A stretch of DNA of 64,000 bases from the human T2T-CHM13v2.0 reference genome, Homo sapiens, in assembly GCF_009914755.1 (NCBI RefSeq), contig NC_060928.1. The stretch is one strand, 5' to 3'. Shown one piece after another: positions 57,701-64,000 of the stretch; within the stretch, counting starts at the first letter, position 1; every line of letters starts with the position of its first letter. The position numbers and the translations under genes were made by a program. The notes below the pieces were generated by a model, which worked only from the letters and a program-made list of their open reading frames with translations, ran no database searches and had not been told where the DNA came from.

Positions 57701-58239
57701 AAGACTTCATATATTGAGTAATTAATACCATCAATTCATTGATTAACTAATCATTGTTATAATATTCTGCATATTGTATATGTTTTTTTCTCATCAAATA
57801 TTTTATGAGTCTCTAGGATAGGAATAGGGCTTCTCTCTAGTACGTACAACTCTATTAATCACACATAGCCTTTAAAATAATTGCATACTAAGGTCTTATT
57901 TCTCTTACAGAATATATTATGTAATACTTACAGAAATACCTCAGCTGCTTTCTTCTCCAATGTTCTTTTCAATGGCTAAGTTCATTTTGAAATGTAAGAA
58001 TCAGCCCCTTAGTTGGGGACACAAAACTGATTGTTTTGTACTGAATATAGTTCCATGAAGAATTGTTAAAATGTTAATTTACTTAATTATAATTACGTTA
58101 TTGCTTGCTATTATTTTTACAGCAAAAGTAATAGGCTTATGGAAGAGAACATTACTCTAATTTTGTTTATTAATGAGGACATCAAAGTCTAGAGAGAGGT
58201 AAAATAATTTGCCCAAACTCACACGGGTGTTTATAGTTA

Positions 58240-58520
58240 CAGCTAGCATTATTGCCTACTTACATGATAGCTACAGCTAGCATTATCATGTACTTAATAT
58301 GTGATAGCCACTGTGCTACATACTTTACAGGAACTATGTAATTTTAATCCTTCCCACAACTCTGTGAGATAACCATTATTACCATTTCTATTTGGCTCAT
58401 AACAAAACTGAGGGAAATAAGTAACTTCTTCAAAGTCACACAGCTGCTGAGCAATGGATATGGGATTCTACCTACATCTTTATGCTTCACGCAGAACCCA
58501 CATGGATAACTGCTTGCCTC
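58240..58520 (-). mobile_element. MIR
   Basis: tttaatccttcccacaactctgtgag...aaactgagg...aagtcacacagct. Confidence 0.6.
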
Positions 58521-58654
58521 AATGCTAGAGAGAGAGGGGGAGAGATACAGGGACAAGAAGGCCCTTTAGAAGGCAGATAGGTATACTAGAAAAAAAAATT
58601 TGTTATGGTCACTCATTGATTGAATCTCGCCTTCACCTAATAACTGAGTATTTG

Positions 58655-59369
58655 TGAAACCGCTTTTGTAAAAATTATAACTGAGGAAATTATGACAGTG
58701 AAAGAGATCAGACCTAACCAACTCCATCTTGCTTCTAACCTTTAAGCTGCCCTTGTTAATTCCTGGGTGTATGTCAAACTAACCTAGTGAAGGAGTTTAG
58801 TTTATGGTTTGACTCTGAAATGAAATTGATAATAGCCCTTTCCCAAAAAGACCCACTTCTTGCCTCGGGACCAGTCTACCTTTGTAGGACAAAGAAATTA
58901 ACCACAAGATTAGAAATCTAGGGGTCATGCAGCCTCTGGCTGCAGGAGTCTGAATCTCCCCAAATTGCTCCTGGGGATAACATCACTATTATAAAGCCTA
59001 AGATCAGTGCATGAGGTCTTTTGCAGACCCTGCACTCCATGAATCAGCTAACATCACCCAGAACAGTAATCTGTCTCAACCAGTTCCGTGATCCCACCCA
59101 GGAACAGAAAACAGCAAGAAAATCTTACTTCGACTCCCTATGATTCTATCTCCAACCTGACCCACTCCCCACTTCCGGAGACCTTACTACAAAATGATCT
59201 TTAAAGACTTTGATATTGGATAGGAGAAACTGATGTGAGCAATAATAAAACTCCAGTCTTCCGCACAGATGGTTGTGTGTGAATTACTTTTTCTCGATTT
59301 CAATTCCCCTGTCTTGATAAATCAGCTCTGTCTAGGCAGCAGGCAACGTGAACCTGTTGGGTGGTTACA
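58655..59369 (+). mobile_element. LTR8 (ERV1) solo LTR
   Basis: tgaaaccgcttttgtaaaaattataactgaggaaattatgacagtgaaagagatcagacc...gggtggttaca; TSD tttg/tgtg. Confidence 0.88.
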
Positions 59370-61346
59370 TGTGGGGCATGCTACATAACTTTCTGAATCT
59401 ATTTTCTCTTTTGAAAATTGAAGAATCAAATTACAGCTCCATATTTGCTTAATCAGGACCTTGACTTTTCTATCATGAGTAAAAGTTAGAAGCTATTAAA
59501 CTTCTTAACTTAATTGGTGAGTAAATTCTTATAGATTAAGAGAAGCTATTCAGTTGAGGTGAAAACCGTTATATGCCTAAGAAGAACGCAGATCATTATA
59601 TTTAAAAAATAGCACTTGATTTTAAGTGACATTTTAGTATAATATAAAAAAAATCTGAAGTACCCAATGATTTTAAGGTTAAAAGAGTACATTGAAATTA
59701 ATAAGGTGCTCATTAATTCACCCCAATTATCTGCTTATTTTTCATTCCTTTCTTTTGCATACATGTGAAATTTTAATTGTGTTCAGTGAAGAAAGCCCAT
59801 ATTCTCAGCATGCATCATTATGTATCCACATTGTACGCAACTAAAAAGTAACTGTTTGCTTGCACATGCAGATCTATAAGTTCCAATGTAGGTTCATAAC
59901 AGTCATTTAATATTCACGATAGATGTAATTTGATATTTTTTGAAATTGAAAACAAATTTGTTTTGTAGGGTCTCTGAATAGGCTATTGATCTGTTGTCAT
60001 ACATGATTTTTATTGTGGTTACTCAGAAGCAAAGTCTGTTACTTTGATTGCTGTATTTTGCCAAACATATTCTTCAACTTGTTCTTCTGTATATGAAAAT
60101 GATATGATTTACCCACTGTGAGTTGGAAGTCTTTTCAAGTTATTTTTACATTGTTAGTAATGAATTTACAATAAGCATCCAACTTCCCACACTGAATCCC
60201 TTGGTGATCAATTGAATGCATTTACTGGATCACCAGCTGAGATATTAGGGTGTAATCTGTGCCTAGGGATCCGAGATTTCTTTGTATAAATTTAATTTAC
60301 CCTTATGGGGATCAAAAGCTAATTAACACCCATTGTTTCCAACTGAGCTAAAAGCTTGAAGCAATTAGTATTTGAGAAATATTTTCTTTCGTTAATATTT
60401 TTTTCAGCATGTAATCTTGATTGGTTCCATTTTAGGCACTGATAGGGTATACTTTAAAATTAGAATTGTATGGACTATGTTTTTTGAATTTTTGTTGTTT
60501 TTGTTACTATTCCCTGATAAATATTTATACAACACCACCACCACCACCAACAACAAAAATGTAGTGTCTAGGTGCTCATTCCATCCTACTTTCCGAATGA
60601 GATGACTAATAACTTTCAAGACATCAAGATTATTCTCTCACAGAAGAAGTGAGAAAACATTTTTAATCATTAACACAAGGGAGTTTGCCACTTTTCAATA
60701 GAGGAGACATTGTGTACTAGTTGCTTTAGCCTTACGGCTGTTGATTAGTTACACAGATGTGTTAGAAATAGAGCTCCTAGCAATATTTAACATGACGAGC
60801 GAATGAATAAACACTGTTTAAAAAATATGCCTCATCTAAGACATTATGCTATTCTTATCAATTATTATATACAAGTAAAATGCAAGCCTGTGTGATTATA
60901 CAGTTTCTTTTATATCTAACCATTATTCATGAAGAAAATATTCAGGAACAGAAAGATGATAAATGTTTGTGGAAACAACTGAAGTTTTTGTTTTGCTTTA
61001 AAACACTGACATAATTTGAAAGTATGATATATTACCAAGTCTCTTTATTATAATAGTATGTTGACAAATGATATTGTGAATGGATAATTTGTAATACTAC
61101 AAACCAAAGATTAGAAAGAATTGTGTATAATAAGTTAGAATCTTTGTTTTATAAATATCCCTTGCTGGTAGCACATCAAGTGCTTAACTCTTTCAGTCAA
61201 TTAATGCAACTTTGAGGACTTCAGAGTGAGCATGAAAAGTATAGTAAATGAGACTACAGTGACTCTAAGGGAAATACCCCTACAAATACCTTCATACATA
61301 CAAATAACTTTCACACTAATAAAAATGGTTTTGAGGAAGAGATTAA

Positions 61347-61667
<321 letters not shown>

Positions 61668-62330
61668 TAGGTTTATAGAAAGTAAAAATGTTCAGCTGCT
61701 TTTGTTATTAGTTTCTCTTTATGGTGGAAAATTGTAAAACATGACTTAGAAAAATAGCATGTAAAATTTATCAACAGTTATTTACTCTTTTGGGTTAAGG
61801 TTTTTTTTTTTCAAAGTATTTTTTGACATCTAATATTACTGGTAAAAGCAGTATATTAAACCATCCAGCTGTGCTTTATCTTCTTTTAATTCAGAAGTTC
61901 TTACCTGGGTTCTGCATACCTCTACAGGGTTTGTGAAATTCTAGAAATCACTTTATGTTTTTCTTTATTGATTATGGCAAAGCTTTGCTACATCTTACTG
62001 TATTATTGTATCTTGGGTAATTCATTGTGCTCATCGTTAAGGTTGCAAAGATGAAAAAGAGCAAGAAGCCTAGAGTTCAGCAAGAGATATATACCAGCAA
62101 GTCATATCACTGAAATATATACAAAGTTCAATAGGATGACATGAAGGGACTGTCTGTCTGTAATGCAGTGAAGGGCATAAGAAATCTCATGGAGGAGGTG
62201 ATCCTTCAGCTTAGTTTTGAAGATTGAGTAGTAATTTGGCAAGGTTAGTAAAACTAAAGGGTACACAGGTTTTTTTCTTTATAGTCACATATTTTGTGTA
62301 TGTGGAAAGCTATGTTGGGGGCTGGAACAT

Positions 62331-62810
62331 TGTGGTAAGCTGAATAATGGGACTCCCATATTATCCAGGCCCTAATCCCTAGCACCTGAGTATTACCTTC
62401 TTCAGGAAAAGGGTCTTTGCAGGTGTGATTAAAGATTTTGAGATAAATTATCCTGGATTATCTGAATGGGACCTAAATGTGATCACAAGTGTCTAGATAA
62501 AAAGGAAACAAGGAAATGTATCTATATAAAAGGAGAAAGGGATGTGATGATGGAAACAGAGATTAGAGGATATGCTTTGAAGGTGGAGAATCAGCCACAA
62601 GTTTAGGAATACAGGCAGTCCCTACAAGCTGAAAAAGATGAGGCAATGGGTTCCACTCTCAAATCTCCAGAAGGAATCAGCCCTCCACCACCTTGATTTT
62701 AGTCCAGTCTATCTGATTCTGACCTCCAGAACTGTAAGTTAATAAATTTGTGTTGTTTTATACTAATAATTTGTGGTTATTTGTTATAGCAACAACAAGA
62801 AACTAATACA
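62331..62810 (+). mobile_element. MLT1C/D MaLR solo LTR
   Basis: tgtggtaagctgaataatgg...aactaataca; 5-bp TSD aacat/agcat. Confidence 0.85.
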
Positions 62811-63509
62811 AGCATAAACTCTTACCCTGAAATGCCTCACTTGAATCACATACTCTTGATATTACTCCCATGGGTTATCTTAAATTCACTCAAGAGCATT
62901 GCAAATTTGATTGGTTTTATTCAGACGCACACCTCATATATTGTGATCTACATGCATTAAGGTCATTTTTCCCTATTTCTTGTCCAAACTGCAACCTAAG
63001 TTGAAGTTTTAATTGTCCATCACCATGCTCCAGGGAAGACCACATGGCCCAAGGGCACTTTCTTTGGAAAATCACTGAACTTATAAAAATAATATAACAG
63101 ATGATTTCTAAGATCTCAGTGTGTCCTATACTTAGATTTCAATTTCAAAAATATAACTTCAGCATCAACTCATAAAAATAAAATAGTGAATGAGAAATAG
63201 GAAGACAGTGAGGAATAAACTAGACAATCGTATACAGGAAAGGTTTATCCTATACAGTGAGAATAGAGATAAAGACATACCTCAAAGATGTTTTGGATTC
63301 AGAATCAGTTATCTCTGACTGGATAGTTGGGATTTTGGAGTCAAAGATAACTCTGAAATTTACAGCTTGGTCAACTGCATCATGTGGTAACTGAGCCAGG
63401 AAATTTGCATTTCAAAGAGGTGAATCGTTTTCAATATATTTAGTTTTAGATATTCATGGGACAACTGTGTAAGTATTGATATTTAAAAATAAAAATAGGT
63501 TTGTTCACT

Positions 63510-64000
63510 GGGAGGAAGAGGACAGAATTGAATCCTCCAGCAATTTTCCCCCAACAGGAACACCAAATTGAACAACCATTCACACGAGAAATCACCTACA
63601 TAAGAAGAAGAAATCAGATGAGCAATCACAGTACCTTGTTTTAACATCATATAAAGAAAAGAGGCACTTTAGAGAGTAGGAAAGACAGTCTTGAATCGCC
63701 TACATGACCCCTCCTTCATGCTTCAGCAGAACAACATGGCTCAGAGAGAGAATTTCTGTGCTCAGGAGAGGGAGAGCAAAGCAATTGTGAGACTTTGCAT
63801 TGAAACTTGGTGCTATCCTGTCACAGCAGAAAGCAACGCAGGGCAGAACTCGGTGCCAATAAAGGGAACATTTAGAACATCCCTACCCAGATGAGAATTT
63901 TTTATCCCAGAAGTTAGGAGTCTGCATTCCAGCTAGCCCTACCACCACAGGCTAAAATTCTCTGGGGTCCTAAATCAACTTGAAAGACAGTCTGGGCCAC
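63510..64000 (+). mobile_element. L1M/L1MA-type 5' UTR, runs off the window
   Basis: aggaacaccaaattgaacaaccatt...aggaaagacagtcttgaatcgcc...gtgagactttgcattgaaactt resemble an L1M 5' end. Confidence 0.7.

Overview
This window is AT-rich primate (human-like) genomic DNA, intergenic or deep intronic. I found no protein-coding exon that the sequence supports. It is dominated by dead transposable elements: seven Alus; a 5'-intact but 3'-deleted L1PA7/8-type element (8.8-14.2 kb); two neighbouring 5'-inverted (twin-primed) L1s (24.3-27.0 kb and 27.8-31.5 kb); older L1MA and L2/MIR fragments; several solo LTRs (THE1, MLT1, MLT2, LTR8, LTR22-like, other ERV1); and DNA transposons (MADE1, MER46C, Tigger3, MER45A, MER3). 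Almost all listed ORFs are fragments of L1 ORF1/ORF2, Alu read-throughs or simple-repeat artefacts. I see no evidence of a novel gene system. The most interesting signals are structural: a 10-nt 3' transduction between two poly(A) tails, a possible ~90-nt older transduction, a 183-bp tandem duplication inside an L1, multi-level nested insertions, candidate L1-antisense-promoter splicing, and several short palindromes, one carrying paired AP-1 sites. Subfamily names come from recalled consensus sequences, not from a database search.
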